A program made the position numbers and the translations under genes. Under the pieces are notes generated by a model. The model was not told where the DNA came from. It saw nothing but the letters and a program-made list of their open reading frames with translations, and searched no databases. A stretch of DNA of 64,000 bases from the human T2T-CHM13v2.0 reference genome, Homo sapiens: the NCBI RefSeq assembly GCF_009914755.1, contig NC_060926.1. One strand, given 5' to 3'. Each line of letters starts with the position of its first letter. Position 1 is the stretch's first letter. This document shows, one piece after another, positions 1-13,039 of this stretch.

Positions 1-34
1 CTCCTGAGGCCACATGGGTGCCTTTTTCTCCCAG

Positions 35-1856
35 CCCTGCCAGTCTTCCTACTGCTACTGTCAGGAGGTGCTGGACAGGCTCATCCAATGCGGGCTCCTG
101 GTTGCTGAGGAGGTAGGCAGGGCAGTTGGAGACAAGATCCTTGCCTGGAGCCTGGCCTCCTCCAGCCTCCCACCCTGAGTGCCAGCTGCCCCAGGCTCCT
201 CCTCTGCCCTGTGTGTGCTGTGGGGGTGGGCAGCCCCTGGCCTTGCAGCGGGGAAGCCTAGCTCGCACCTCTGCTCCCTGTGCCTTGGGATATGGCCACC
301 TATGCCCCGGTTCTGTGTGTGTCTCTCTGGATAGCACTGGACATGTGTGCCTCTGAGGTTCTCTGCACACCTCCTGCTCCCCACATTTCTTGGCCACAGG
401 GCTACTGCCCTTGAGGGTGGGAATTCACTTCCTCTCACTCTGCAAGTTGGCCCAGCAGGTGCTGGGGCATGGCTCTGGCCATCCTCTTGGGTCTCTAGGT
501 CTGCTTTTACTGGTTTCACCTGCATGTACCTGGTCTGGGGGTGTAGGGTTGATCCCTGGCCAGCTTGTCAGAGAACAATGGCTCCGGGTCCGGCCAGCCT
601 GTGACACAGGGCAACGGCGACTGAGCAGAAAGCTGCTGTGGAAACCGAGTGGGGATTTTACTGATAGTGACAGTGATGACTTCAAAGAGACCGAGGGCCA
701 GTACTCCAGGGTGTGTTTCAAAAAGCTGCCCCTGGAGGGAGGTGGTAGGGAGGTGGTGGGGAGCTGCACTCACCCCGGCCTGTCCCCTCCAGCTCAGCCA
801 GCAGTCACACTGCCCAGATTTCTTTCTTTTCCTCTGCCGCCTGCTCAGCCCGCTGCTCAAGGCCTTTGCACAGGCTGCCGCCTTCCTCCGCCAGGGCCAG
901 CTGCCCGATACTGGTGAGGCCCTTGTTCCCTTGCAGTCCTCGAGGCAGGCTGTGTCTGTGCTGGGTGCCAGGTCTAGGTCTTCTCTCTTCTGCAGAGTCG
1001 GGCTACACAGACCAGCTGTTCCAGTTCCTGCAGGCCACCGCCCAGGAAGAAGGGATCTTCGGTGAGTCTCAACCAGTCAGCCCAGGCTCCTGCAGGCAGT
1101 GGTGTTTGCTGGTGGCTGCTGCCCCCTGCCAGACAGTGACAACCCAAGTCTAGGAAGGTGGGCTGCAGAGTACAGACAGTCTTCTGTCCAGTCTGAGTTC
1201 TATCCCTCCCGGGGCTTCTTTAAACAAGAGGAGAGAAGCCTGTGCCCAGTGGCTCCCTGTCCTCCCTACCTAGAGCCTTCACTTCTCTCTTCTTTCCAGA
1301 GTGTGCGGACCCAAAGCTTGCCATCAGTGCTATCTGGACCTTCAGAGACCTAGGGGTGAGAGGAGCCAGTGTCACCATCTTCTGTCCCCCTGCTCCCACC
1401 CCAATAGAGTGGCTCAGGGAAACCCAGCTATGTCCCCATCACTCCACAGGGCTGGCCTGATGGTGCCTCATTAAGACCCTGGGATTTACTTGGTGTCTTC
1501 CAGCAACAGATGTGGTGATGGGTTGGAGAAGGTGGGATGGTTTCCTGCCTCTTGGTCTCCCAAATCACTGGCTCATCTTTCTAGGTGGGGCTGCTTTGCG
1601 GCAGCATTTGCATGCAAACACTGAGGTCTAAGGGGCCAGAGGTCTCAAGGCAGGTTTCTGGGGGACAGGCCTGGCCCCTGAGCCATGCAGACACAGTCCC
1701 TGTGGTGAGCGCACTCATGGCGCATCTTCCATGGCCCAGGTTCTGCAGCAGACGCCGAGCCCTGCAGGCCCCAGGCTCCACCTATCCCCTACTTTTGCCA
1801 GCCAGGACAATCAGGAAAAACTAGAACAGTTCATCCGGCAGTTCATTTGTAGCTAG
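35..1856 (+). pseudogene. GPAT2P2: 3' part of a GPAT2 (mitochondrial glycerol-3-phosphate acyltransferase 2) duplicate, probably an unprocessed pseudogene; exons 35-112, ~564/591-710, 793-913, 996-1061, 1300-1355, 1740-1856 (TAG)
   Basis: AG/GT-bounded segments translate in compatible phases to PCQSSYCYCQEVLDRLIQCGLLVAEE / RPACDTGQRRLSRKLLWKPSGDFTDSDSDD / LSQQSHCPDFFLFLCRLLSPLLKAFAQAAAFLRQGQLPDT / ESGYTDQLFQFLQATAQEEGIF / ECADPKLAISAIWTFRDLG / VLQQTPSPAGPRLHLSPTFASQDNQEKLEQFIRQFICS*, which I recognise as the GPAT2 C-terminus. The acceptor of the second exon is unclear. Pseudogene status and symbol are inferred from its position next to FAHD2B. Confidence 0.8.
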
Positions 1857-2200
1857 AACTGTGAGGAGGAGCCTGTGCTGAGACTTCTCAGCCCCAGAAC
1901 ACAGCTGTGTCCTAGAGCCAGAAGATGGAGAGGAGGCTGCAAACCCTTAGCTGCTCTATAAATATAATCATTGAGGCTTGATTGTCCCTTGCCATCTCTT
2001 GCTTTTTCCCTCCTTTGATGTGATAAACAAGGGGACGAGACGAGTTGTCTTTTCCCCAGCCCAGCAGCATCTTTTTGGCGTATGTGTGTGTATTTGCTCT
2101 CTTCTTCCCCAGTCCCACAAAATGCCCCAACTTGTTCCATGAAACAAAGCCCAAAAGAAGACAAACAGCACAAGCCAAGCTGCTGCTTTGACCCGACGCA

Positions 2201-2206
2201 TTTATT
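2201..2206 (-). terminator. FAHD2B: FAHD2B polyadenylation signal AATAAA
   Basis: TTTATT on the + strand, ~150 nt past the TGA. Confidence 0.75.
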
Positions 2207-2352
2207 GAAGAGAGCTCTGTCCTTCTCCCTTCTACCGAGAAGAGGCGGCTTGCAGGGCTGGCACCTGCCCACACCTGCCACTGGGCCTTTCCCTGGGCTA
2301 GGCTGAGTGGGAGCAGATGCCCTCATCCTATGTCGGGCCTGTGCAGGAGCCA

Positions 2353-2415
2353 TCACACCACCTTGTTGATGATGACACCTAGTTCTTCAATCTCACACTG
2401 GACTTCATCCCCCTT
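2353..2415 (-). CDS. FAHD2B: FAHD2B last coding exon ([20 protein letters not shown])
   Basis: Acceptor tgcag, 63 nt, TGA at 2353-2355. Confidence 0.95.
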   Translation of the reverse strand, partial: KGDEVQCEIEELGVIINKVV

Positions 2416-2545
2416 CTGCAACAGAGCAGGCCATGACGGTGTCAGCCCTTCCGTCAGACACATACACAAGCCTGTACTTCTCAAGTCTGAGCCAAGCCTG
2501 CCAGGCCTTTGGGGCCCTTGCTCTCTTTGCTTTTCGCTAACCTAC

Positions 2546-2633
2546 CTTGAGAAAGACAGGAGGTTTCCTGAATACACCGACACCTGGGGGGGTCCCAGTT
2601 AGGATGACATCCCCTGGGTAAAAGGTAACAAAC
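2546..2633 (-). CDS. FAHD2B: FAHD2B coding exon 6 ([29 protein letters not shown])
   Basis: FAH-family [10 protein letters not shown] motif; ctccag acceptor, gtagg donor, 88 nt. Confidence 0.95.
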
Positions 2634-2766
2634 CTGGAGCAAAGCAAAAGGACCCAGTGAGACCAGGGGCTGGCTGAGTGGCCACAGCCAAAGGTGGAGG
2701 GCTCAGGTCAGCCTCCACATGTGTGGCAGGTGGAGCGGGGCTGGCAGGACAGCCCTTGTCACTCAC

Positions 2767-2875
2767 TGGGAGACCCAGGCTATCAGGTCCTCTGTCTTGA
2801 ATACCATCTGGTTGGTGTTGCTGCTCTGGACGACTTCCCCATTCACTCGGCAGCAGATCTTTAAGTTGTGTGGAT
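2767..2875 (-). CDS. FAHD2B: FAHD2B coding exon 5 ([37 protein letters not shown])
   Basis: ttcag acceptor, gtgagt donor, 109 nt, phases 1/2. Confidence 0.95.
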
Positions 2876-3223
2876 CTGAAATGCAAAGATGGAACCTTGG
2901 AGTTATCCCTTTTCCCCCTCAAACCCCCCAGTGTTTTACAAACACAACTGTAGGGGCGCTTCGTGACTTGGCAGGTGAAAGGGCTTTAAAGTGCCCACAT
3001 TGACTCAGTGCACTATGTTAGAACTTTCTGTATAGACACTGGCCTTCTCAGGCCTCCCTGCATCCCCACCAAGAGCACCAGGCAGTAGTCACTTGAATGA
3101 GTTGAGAGGATGTTCCAGACTCTGAAGGAGAAGAGAAAAATGGCTAGGGTTTTTGCCTCAAGAAAGGGCATCTGTCTACAGCATAGGAAGATACCTGTAG
3201 ATACAAAAATGACTCCCGGGCAG

Positions 3224-3528
<305 letters not shown>

Positions 3529-4296
3529 TCAGAATCTATAAAGCAGTGAGGCAGTGGTTCTAGCCGGGACAGAGAAGCCTCGTGTATCAGCCGCTGGCAG
3601 GGGATGGATTACTGTAAGAACATCCTGGCTAACCAGCACTTTTAACTGTTGGTGTTGGTCTTAGTGTTCTACCACCCTTAAGTAGAGCAGCTGAAACACA
3701 ATTTAACTTTGCCGAGGACTCTGTGTGGGTGCTGTGAGGCACTGGGGTCTTTGGTATCCTGGCATGGCTGGCCCATGTGGACACCCCCCACCTCCACCAC
3801 AGTTGTGGGTGGCTGTGTGTTAAGAGGCTGCGCTCTGCCCTCTGGCACACTGCCTCCAACCTGGCGCTGTCCCCTCACTGTGTGTGGTCAATGCTGTTGT
3901 TTCCACAGTGGCTGGGTGAGTCACACTGGCTTTCATCTGTAGTGTGGAAAATGCCTGGGCCTTGCGATAGCTATGCTCCATGATGCTCAACTTAGATTAT
4001 TTCAGATGGTGGCAGCCGCAGGAAGCCCGATCCACCCATCAGCTCAGTGTTCTTTGTAATTTACTTCACGCATGCAGTTTCACATCCTCTGCAGTTGTGT
4101 TCCCTCTAGGGGGCTTGGGAAGGAAGCCCATGGGAGAACTGGTGGCTGAGGATAAAAGACTTTCCCTGTATGGAGTCAGCAGTCAAAGGGCAGCCAGGGA
4201 GGGCAGGTGCCACATGTACCTGAACCCATGCTCCTCCCTGGAGGGCTGTTCATCTGTGCAATGGTAGGTACCAGGGGGCAGGGACCAGGGACCTAC

Positions 4297-4459
4297 CTGC
4301 TACACTGTCCTTGGTCACCAAGGCAGGGCCCAGAGGGCAGAAGGTGTCGAAGGTTTTTCCCAGCAGCCACTGTTTCCCATTGCGTCTTGTTAGCCAGTCA
4401 CGAGCACTCACGTCATGAGCCACAGTGAAGCCGGCCACGTGGGCCATGGCATCTGTGGC
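4297..4459 (-). CDS. FAHD2B: FAHD2B coding exon 4 ([54 protein letters not shown])
   Basis: DVSARD and [15 protein letters not shown] motifs; catag acceptor, gtaggt donor, 163 nt. Confidence 0.95.
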
Positions 4460-4736
4460 CTATGGGGGCAGGGGATTTGGCCATACAGGAGGTTAGATCA
4501 CGGGTGACACCAACACCTGTGGCAAGGGATCTCAAAGCTGTTATCCCATGTTAGTAGCCAGAGCCAGCCAAAGGTGGGTGAAGGGAAAGGCAGTGTCAGG
4601 GAGCAAGGAGGCTGACTGCTTCCTAGTGTCAGGGACAGCTGGTGCCGTGTGTCGGTGAGTGAGGTCAGAACTAGGAGAGGCAGGAGCTGGGGCCTCTGCT
4701 GCACTCTGGCCTGGGAGCCCACCCTTTCCACCTCAC

Positions 4737-4796
4737 CTTGATGTGCTTGCCTTTCTTTCCAATGACCACGGCCAGCTCCACTTCCCAATCTACCTC
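4737..4796 (-). CDS. FAHD2B: FAHD2B coding exon 3 ([20 protein letters not shown])
   Basis: Metal-binding EVE motif; acag acceptor, gtgagg donor, 60 nt. Confidence 0.95.
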
Positions 4797-5623
4797 CTGT
4801 AGGGTGGGAGAGGAATAGTGAGCCGCAGTGGCTTCGGGGCCCATTATCTATGCTCAGAGGCTGTACGCCATGGATCTCTGTCAGTATGGCTTGGCTGCCA
4901 TCCCACGTTTGCCATCACCCTGAACCAGAGCCCAGTGAATGACAAGGGAGGTGTGACTTGTAGACCCATACATTTTGGGCAGTGGCAGACAGCATCATGG
5001 AATACAGGCACAGGTCCCCACACCACTGTGACTGCAGAAGAGCAACACGTGTCCAGGGCACTGAGTTTAAAAGTCACTCTGGATACTTTTAACAAAGGAT
5101 AAATACGAAGTAATATCCCCTAGCAATATGTAACCTTACTGTGTGTCAGGCACTGTTCTAAGTGTTTTAATCTATTAACTCACTTTAGTAAGAGAAAGAT
5201 TGACATGCCACAAAGGACTTGAGTAAGCAATTCACAAAAAGGTAACGGACATGGCCACAAAACATGAAAAAATGCTCAGCCTCTCCCATAATCCATAAAA
5301 TACACTATAAAATAGATATAATTTGGCCTTCAAAATTGGTGGCTCTTTCTAATAATAACCAGAGTTGGTATAAGTACACCTGACATCCAGATGTTGGTCT
5401 CTAATACCACTCCCCACTAAGGAGCACTGGGTTCCTTGGTCCAAGACAGACAGTACATGATGAGCCTGGAACGTCTTGGCCAGAAAGCAAATATATGCTA
5501 AAAGCTTGGGGATGGAACAAACTTGAAGGTCCCTCATTGGCCAAATTGAGGTCACCTGAAGAATGTAAATGATGGATTACAACCAATTGAATAAAAACAA
5601 AAAGGAATTCACAGTGATATTGA

Positions 5624-6307
<684 letters not shown>

Positions 6308-6693
6308 TCATTGCTCTTCATCCCCCAATGCAATAATGGGTCCAGTAAGGATGACTACAGGATCCTTGGATGAGAATCTATGGGGCAATAAGATAGTTAT
6401 GTGATCTCAAACTACCACATAGATTGCTTGTTAATTACAAAAATGGAAATGCGTCTTCACAATGGAGGGACCTAGTGAACGTCAGCTAAACCAAGTGGTC
6501 AAATTCTGGGACCACTGACATGAGCCTCCCAGTCAGATGCAATGGGAAATGTATAACATCTTTGTAGATCTCTTGATAAAAATGCTTACCCTGACACTAA
6601 TCATGAAGAAACAACCAGACAAACCCAGGATGTGAAACATGCTATGAGACAACTGGATTCTTCAAGGAAAGGGCAGGGGGGATTGTTTGAGGT

Positions 6694-7261
6694 CAGGAGT
6701 TGGCAAACTATGGCCAGCTCACTGTCTGCTATAATCAACTTTGATTGGAAACCCATCATTCATTTCTGTATCGTCCCTGGTGGTTTTCACACTATAACAG
6801 CAGAGTTGAATTGTTGCAAAACAGACCATATGACACTCAAAGCGTAATATTTACTAATTGGCTCTTGATATGGTTTAGCTCTGTGTCCCCACCCAAATCT
6901 CAACTTGTAGCACCCATAATTCTAATGTGCTATGGGAGGGACCCGGTGGGAGATGACTGAATCATGGGGGCAGGTCTTTCCCGTGCTGTTCTCATGATAG
7001 TGAATGGGTCTCACGAGATCTGATAGTTTTAAAAACGGGAGTTTCTCTGCACAAGCTCTTTTCTGCCTGCTGCTATCCACCTAAGATGTGACTTGCTCCT
7101 CCTTGCCTTCTGCCATGATTGTGAGGCTTCTCTAGCCACGTGGAACTGTAAGTCCAATTAAACCTTTTTCTTTTGTAAATTGCCCAGTCTCGGATATGTC
7201 TTTATTAGCAGCAAGAAAACAGACTAATACAGCCCTTTAAGAAAAAGTCTATGGAACCCTG
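6694..7261. mobile_element. MER58-like hAT DNA transposon remnant split by a THE1 LTR (pieces ~6694-6865 and 7232-7261)
   Basis: caggagttggcaaactatggcc ... tttactaattgg | ccctttaagaaaaagtc...accctg resembles the recalled MER58A ends. Confidence 0.65.
6866..7231 (+). mobile_element. THE1 (THE1B-like) MaLR solo LTR
   Basis: TGATATGGTTT...CCCCACCCAAATCTC start, GACTAATACA end, imperfect 5-bp TSD gctct/gccct. Confidence 0.88.
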
Positions 7262-7836
7262 TTCTAGGTTAAAACTACTAAAGAGATATAACTGAATACA
7301 GTGTGTGCCCTTGGTTGATCACAGAGCAACAAAGTAACCAAATTAAAAGTCATCTTTGGGGCAACTGGATTTCATATTAAATATCATTCAAGTTAATTTT
7401 CTTGGCTGTGATAATGGTATGGTCATGCAAGCCATTGTCCTTATAAAGTGTCTATTTCAGTTTTATGACAATATTTGCAATGTGTCACCCCAACCCCTGC
7501 CAAAAAAAAAATGTGTGTTTGCCATGTGAAGGGCAGGGAGAGGGCAAGGGAGAGAAAGCAAATACAGCAAATGTCTACAGTGAAACCAGGTGAAAAGTAT
7601 ATGAGCATTCACTGTATTATTTCAGCTTTTCTATAATTCCCAAGACATTTCTAAAATAAAAATTTGCGAGGAAAAGTAACCAGTGTTAGTAAGGGTATAT
7701 ACACTAACGATGGATGTGTAAGTTGCTCTTACAATTTGCTTAAAGGACAATTGGGAGATTTTCTCAAGGGTTTTGAAATACTGCCTGTAGTTTGATAATA
7801 TTCAAATCCTAAGAGTTCATTCAAAGGAAATAATAA

Positions 7837-8172
<336 letters not shown>

Positions 8173-8706
8173 CTACATAAGGATGTTCATTGCGACATTT
8201 ATTTATAGAAACCAAAAACTGGAAACAAGTATCCAGCAGTAAGGTACTCAGGAATATAAACTACCCTGTACATCACAAAACTCCAAGGTAACCTAAATAT
8301 GTCAGGGAGAATATTTAATGGCATGAAAAAATGCTCCTGATGGAGTCTTAAGTAAAAGGTAAGTATATGTACAGTATAAACATATACAGGAGTGGAGAAA
8401 CACTGGGAAGGTAGACAGAAAAACATTAATATTCCGAGCCATGGGCAGTGGGATTATGGGTGACGTAATTTTTAAATGTTTATCTCTGTTTTATCTACAG
8501 TGAAGGTGTATTGCTTTTGTAACCAGGAAAACACGTACATTAACTTTTTTTTTCCAAGGCCAGTGTTACTACTGTGTGTATAATCCTGTAGAGTTTCTGT
8601 TGAATGCACTACTGAGCGAGAGGTGGCTCCAGTAGGCTCAATACTGAGCTCAGAATGCCCTTGTGATGGGCCCAGTGACTAGGGAGGGCAGTGGGGAGGC
8701 ACTGAC

Positions 8707-8923
8707 CTGGCTCTGTGGTGGGAGGACCACCTCATCATAGGGCCCCACGATGGAGCTGGCAAACTTGCTGAAGATGATGGGCTCCTTGGGCACGGGCACG
8801 TTCTGTTCTTTGCAGTGGTCCACATAATTCATGCCCACACACACCACCTTATCTGGCCATGTGACTGGAGCCAGGAAGGTTACCTCCGACCATGGTAGGA
8901 CTGGCAACTGGGCAGCCAAGGCT
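8707..8923 (-). CDS. FAHD2B: FAHD2B coding exon 2 ([72 protein letters not shown])
   Basis: [14 protein letters not shown] motif; tacag acceptor, gtcagt donor, 217 nt. Confidence 0.96.
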
Positions 8924-10059
8924 CTGTAGAGACCAGAGCAGGTGAGAGGGTCTGGCTGGGAACAGGTGGGCAATCCCGGGCAGGCTGGGCAGATCCTGCA
9001 GCAGCTACAGGTTTTGCTTTTTGAAATCTATTTCCTAGCTCTATCAACCATCAGAGTCAGTGTGAAAACCACTGACTATTGTCCTTTGCTGTCAGAGCAG
9101 GGCTTTTATTTATCCAGTATTGATTTCCTCTCCCCCTTAGGTAACTCATGTCCATGTAAAAGATACAAACTGGAATACATGGAAAGGTCTCCCTTTCCCC
9201 TTCTGGTTACCCCGTTCCCCTGGCTCTTCGCAGCTACTCTATGGATATTCTTCTCCCACCCTTTTGTATGTAATGATAGCATACTATTTACATCTTTTAA
9301 AAAAACAACTGACTTTGGAGATCTCTGCTTAACAATATGTAACAATACATAGAGAGTGTCCTCTTTATTTCTTGTGGCTGCATATTACTGCTCTATAGAG
9401 ATATACCCAAGTCCCTAATGAGGGGCATGGAGATTTCCAGTCTTTGCAGAATATGGCAATATGGGAACATACTGTTAATACTGTGAGCTGTGAAACATTT
9501 GTATTTTTTTCCATTTTAATAGATGAAAATGACATCTTAAAGTATTTTTAATTTATTGTTCATCAGCTCCTTAGACCAGATTCTATAGGGGTCCAGGCTT
9601 CAGGGACACTCTCACCTAATCTAGTCCAAACCCAGGAACCAAGTGTCTTATAGAAAACCTCCTTGCAGTCCTCTCTCCTTGTAGGAGCTGGGAGTCTATA
9701 TCACTCCCCCAGCTGCATAAGATGCCTTTTAGGACCCCCGGGCCCAGACCCGTCAGTCAGTCCAGGACTTCATTCCCAGAGGAGGCAGTGTGATGAAGTA
9801 TAGAGTCCTGGTTCCAGCACCACATGTATGGCCTTGAAATTGTTAATCACCTCCCCTAGCTCTCTGTTTTCTCCTCTGAAAACTGAAGATGTTATTATGT
9901 AAGATTTCTAAGGATCTTTTAAGAGAACGGGAGAAAAGGAAAGGTGGGGTTACTCTGCTCCCTTGCAAAAGAGCTACCTGCTGGTGCTGTTTCCCAGAGC
10001 GGGGAGGGTGCAGGGGGACCAGGGCAGCTGCTTCAGGGCGATGCTGCCCACTTACTTAC

Positions 10060-10304
10060 CTTCTTGCCACTGAGAGGGTGGCCTCTCCCTGCTCTAGGAA
10101 CTGCGTCATCGTCTTTGGGAGTGTGGGGTCAAAGGCATTGAGGTTGATAACCCCTCCACCATTCCCTGTCTCCAGGCCCAAGTGAGGCCCCACCAGGTGG
10201 GGTGCCCGGAACTGCACTAGTCTCATGTCTCTGGAGGGTTGAAAGGGCCACTTCTGAGCCTGCAGCAGAGCTGTGAGTAATCTTCTTCTACCAGACACCA
10301 GCAT
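10060..10304 (-). CDS. FAHD2B: FAHD2B coding exon 1 ([32 protein letters not shown]...EATLSVAR); the exon extends to 10310
   Basis: ATG 6 nt after a ctgcag acceptor; gtaag donor; Arg-rich N-terminus resembling a mitochondrial presequence. Confidence 0.95.
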
Positions 10305-11285
10305 CAGAGCCTGCAGAGAAAAACACAGGATCCAGGAGATGGAGGATCTCAGAGCCATCATCAGCATCCCTGATATTCCTAGGGCTATAGCCCAAGGCCC
10401 TTTGCCCCATCAACCGTTCCCTGCATACCACACGGGAAGCGGTCCAGGCTTGTATTTTACCTGCTATACTTCATAAGGTGAAACTTTTGTAGAGGAGCAA
10501 CTACTACATGCTACGCAGTAAGTCCCAGGGATTCCAGCGTTCCTTCAACCAGTGCTTTCTGAAAGTTCCCACTGTGCTTGGCTCTGCTGTAGGTATTGGG
10601 GAAACAATGTAGGTCAAACTCAGCCCTGCCATTCTCCCTGCACAGGTCACAGATGTTAACAACTGACGTAAGATTCAGCTATCAGGACTAATGCTGTGAA
10701 GATGGTCAGGGGCTCTACCCTTGTCTAGTTTCTGGAGGAAGTGATGTGAGCTGAGCTGGGCTAAATGAGCAGGACCAGGAATTAGCTGGGTGGCAGCCTA
10801 GCATGGGCAAGTGACGCTGGTGAAACTGGCTTCACAGTGGCCATAAGCAATTTTTTAAATGCTATTTTGGTCCTGTTTAAAATGGTTTCCACTGCTCACA
10901 TGATCAAGCTAGAACCTCTACCAGGCTGTCCTTGTCTTCTAGGAGCAACACCCCCACCTGCCTCCCCAGATAATAATTATTTCATTTCTCCTGATAGAGA
11001 ACAAGTTGCCTGAGGGAAGAGGCTGCAGACAAACAGCAAGGTCTAGGCCTGACAGCCATCACTTGGTCATCTCCTCCCTGGATCCAGGGCACATGTCTGT
11101 CTCTTTCACTGCCCAGCACTGTGCCTGGTGCACAGAAGGCTCTCAGTGACTTTCTGCTAAATGAACAAATAAGTGACAGAAGCAGGGGCTTGACATTTCA
11201 CTACTTGGGAAAGCTTAATGCTTGTTAACTTCAGGAGACATGGCTGTGCCTTTCCTCCTCAAATCACCTAGAAAGTATCCACAAG

Positions 11286-11586
11286 GGCCAGACGCAGTGG
11301 CTCACACCTGAAATCCCTAGCACTTTGGGAGGTCGAGGTGGGTGGATCACTTGAGGTCAGGAGTTCAAGACCAGCCTGGCCAACATGGTGAAACCCTGTA
11401 TCCCCTAAAAATGCAAAAAAATTAGCCAGGACTGGTGGCGGGCACCTGTAATCCCAGCTACTAGGGAAGCTGAGACAAGAGAATCACTTGAACACAGGAG
11501 GCAGAGGTTGTAGTGAGCCAAGAACATGCCACATCCCTCCAGCCCAGGCAACAGAGCGACTCCAAAAAAAAAAAAAAAAAAAAAAA
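11286..11586 (+). mobile_element. Alu SINE (AluS-like)
   Basis: Full dimer, poly(A), TSD agaaagtatccaca/agaaattatccaca. Confidence 0.92.
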
Positions 11587-12061
11587 GAAATTATCCACAG
11601 AGCTCAGGTCCTGTTTTGAGTCCAAGGCTCCACTTAAAGACAAACACTATTCTCTTGTTTTGTTCTGAATCCAAGTCTGGCCACTATTCCTTACCACATG
11701 GTGCCTTCCCTGAATGGTTCCTTGCTCTTCCAACAAAGGCAGTTTGTATTGTACAGCCTTCTATGCCCAAAAATGTTGAGGCAGCTGAGCCCCAGACTCT
11801 TGGTCCTCACTTGGAGATTCAATCTGCCTTGTTCAGTTAAAGACTCATTAGACTTAGGTCACCACTGTTGTGGCCCGCCAGTTTGACTAGAAAACAGAGT
11901 TTTGACTTCTCTGCCCTGCTATCTTACACAAGCACCAACTGTGCCACTGTCAAAAGGCTGTTCGAGCCAAAGTGCACACACTCAGACACTCCACATGCTA
12001 ACATAACAGTAACTGCTGCCGCTGAATGCCAACTATTAAGTGCTCTACCTACAATGTCTGA

Positions 12062-12370
<309 letters not shown>

Positions 12371-12394
12371 TGATTTAATTCTTGACGCTTGTGG

Positions 12395-12545
12395 AAGGTA
12401 GGTACTGTTAGTCCCATTTTACAGATGAAACAGTTAAGGCTTAAAGCGGTTAAGGGATTTGCCCAAGGTTACACAGTCTTAAAGCTAGGAGGGGAGGGAG
12501 CTGGGATGTGAATCCAAGTCCAGGTGACATTGAAGTCCTTGGTTC
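12395..12545 (-). mobile_element. MIR SINE fragment
   Basis: cccattttacagatgaaac...ttgcccaaggttacacag MIR core. Confidence 0.7.
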
Positions 12546-12619
12546 AGAAGCCTGTAATGCAAGCAAGAAAATCTAGCTTCAGCCCCATCTTCCTACCAAG
12601 GACATTTTAACCCAGAATG

Positions 12620-12720
12620 TTGTGGTGAGAAGTGGGGACCTTCCATAGGAAATCCTCCAAAGGCCCTAAAGATTGTAGTGAGAAGTAGGGACCTCCCACA
12701 GGAGATCCTCCAGAGGCCCT
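12620..12720. repeat. Two-copy 53-bp tandem duplication
   Basis: ttgtggtgagaagtggggaccttccataggaaatcctccaaaggccct versus ttgtagtgagaagtagggacctcccacaggagatcctccagaggccct. Confidence 0.85.
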
Positions 12721-13039
12721 GCAAACAGCCATGCGTGGGGAAACTACAGGCGCTCTCTGGCTATTGCCTCAGGGACGAGGCTGGTTACCAGCTCTCCAAG
12801 AGAACTCCAGGCCCCATTGACTGTTCCCTTCCCACATGACACACACATGCAGGTTCATTCCAACCTTACAGCAATCCCCTCAGGTAAAGCGCCCTCACTT
12901 TACAGAAGAGGACACTGAGACTCAAAGGGATGACGTCAGGTGCCCAAGGTACTAGTCAGAAAGTGGCCCTGGGGCTTCTGCAACAACCACTATGTCACAC
13001 AGTCCGAGCTCAATCCAACTCTGCAAGAGTCCATAAGCA

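Noticed and set aside
390-1153. ORFs 390..917, 649..1065 and 866..1153 as single-exon genes
   Set aside because: Each is one GPAT2-like exon read through into intron.
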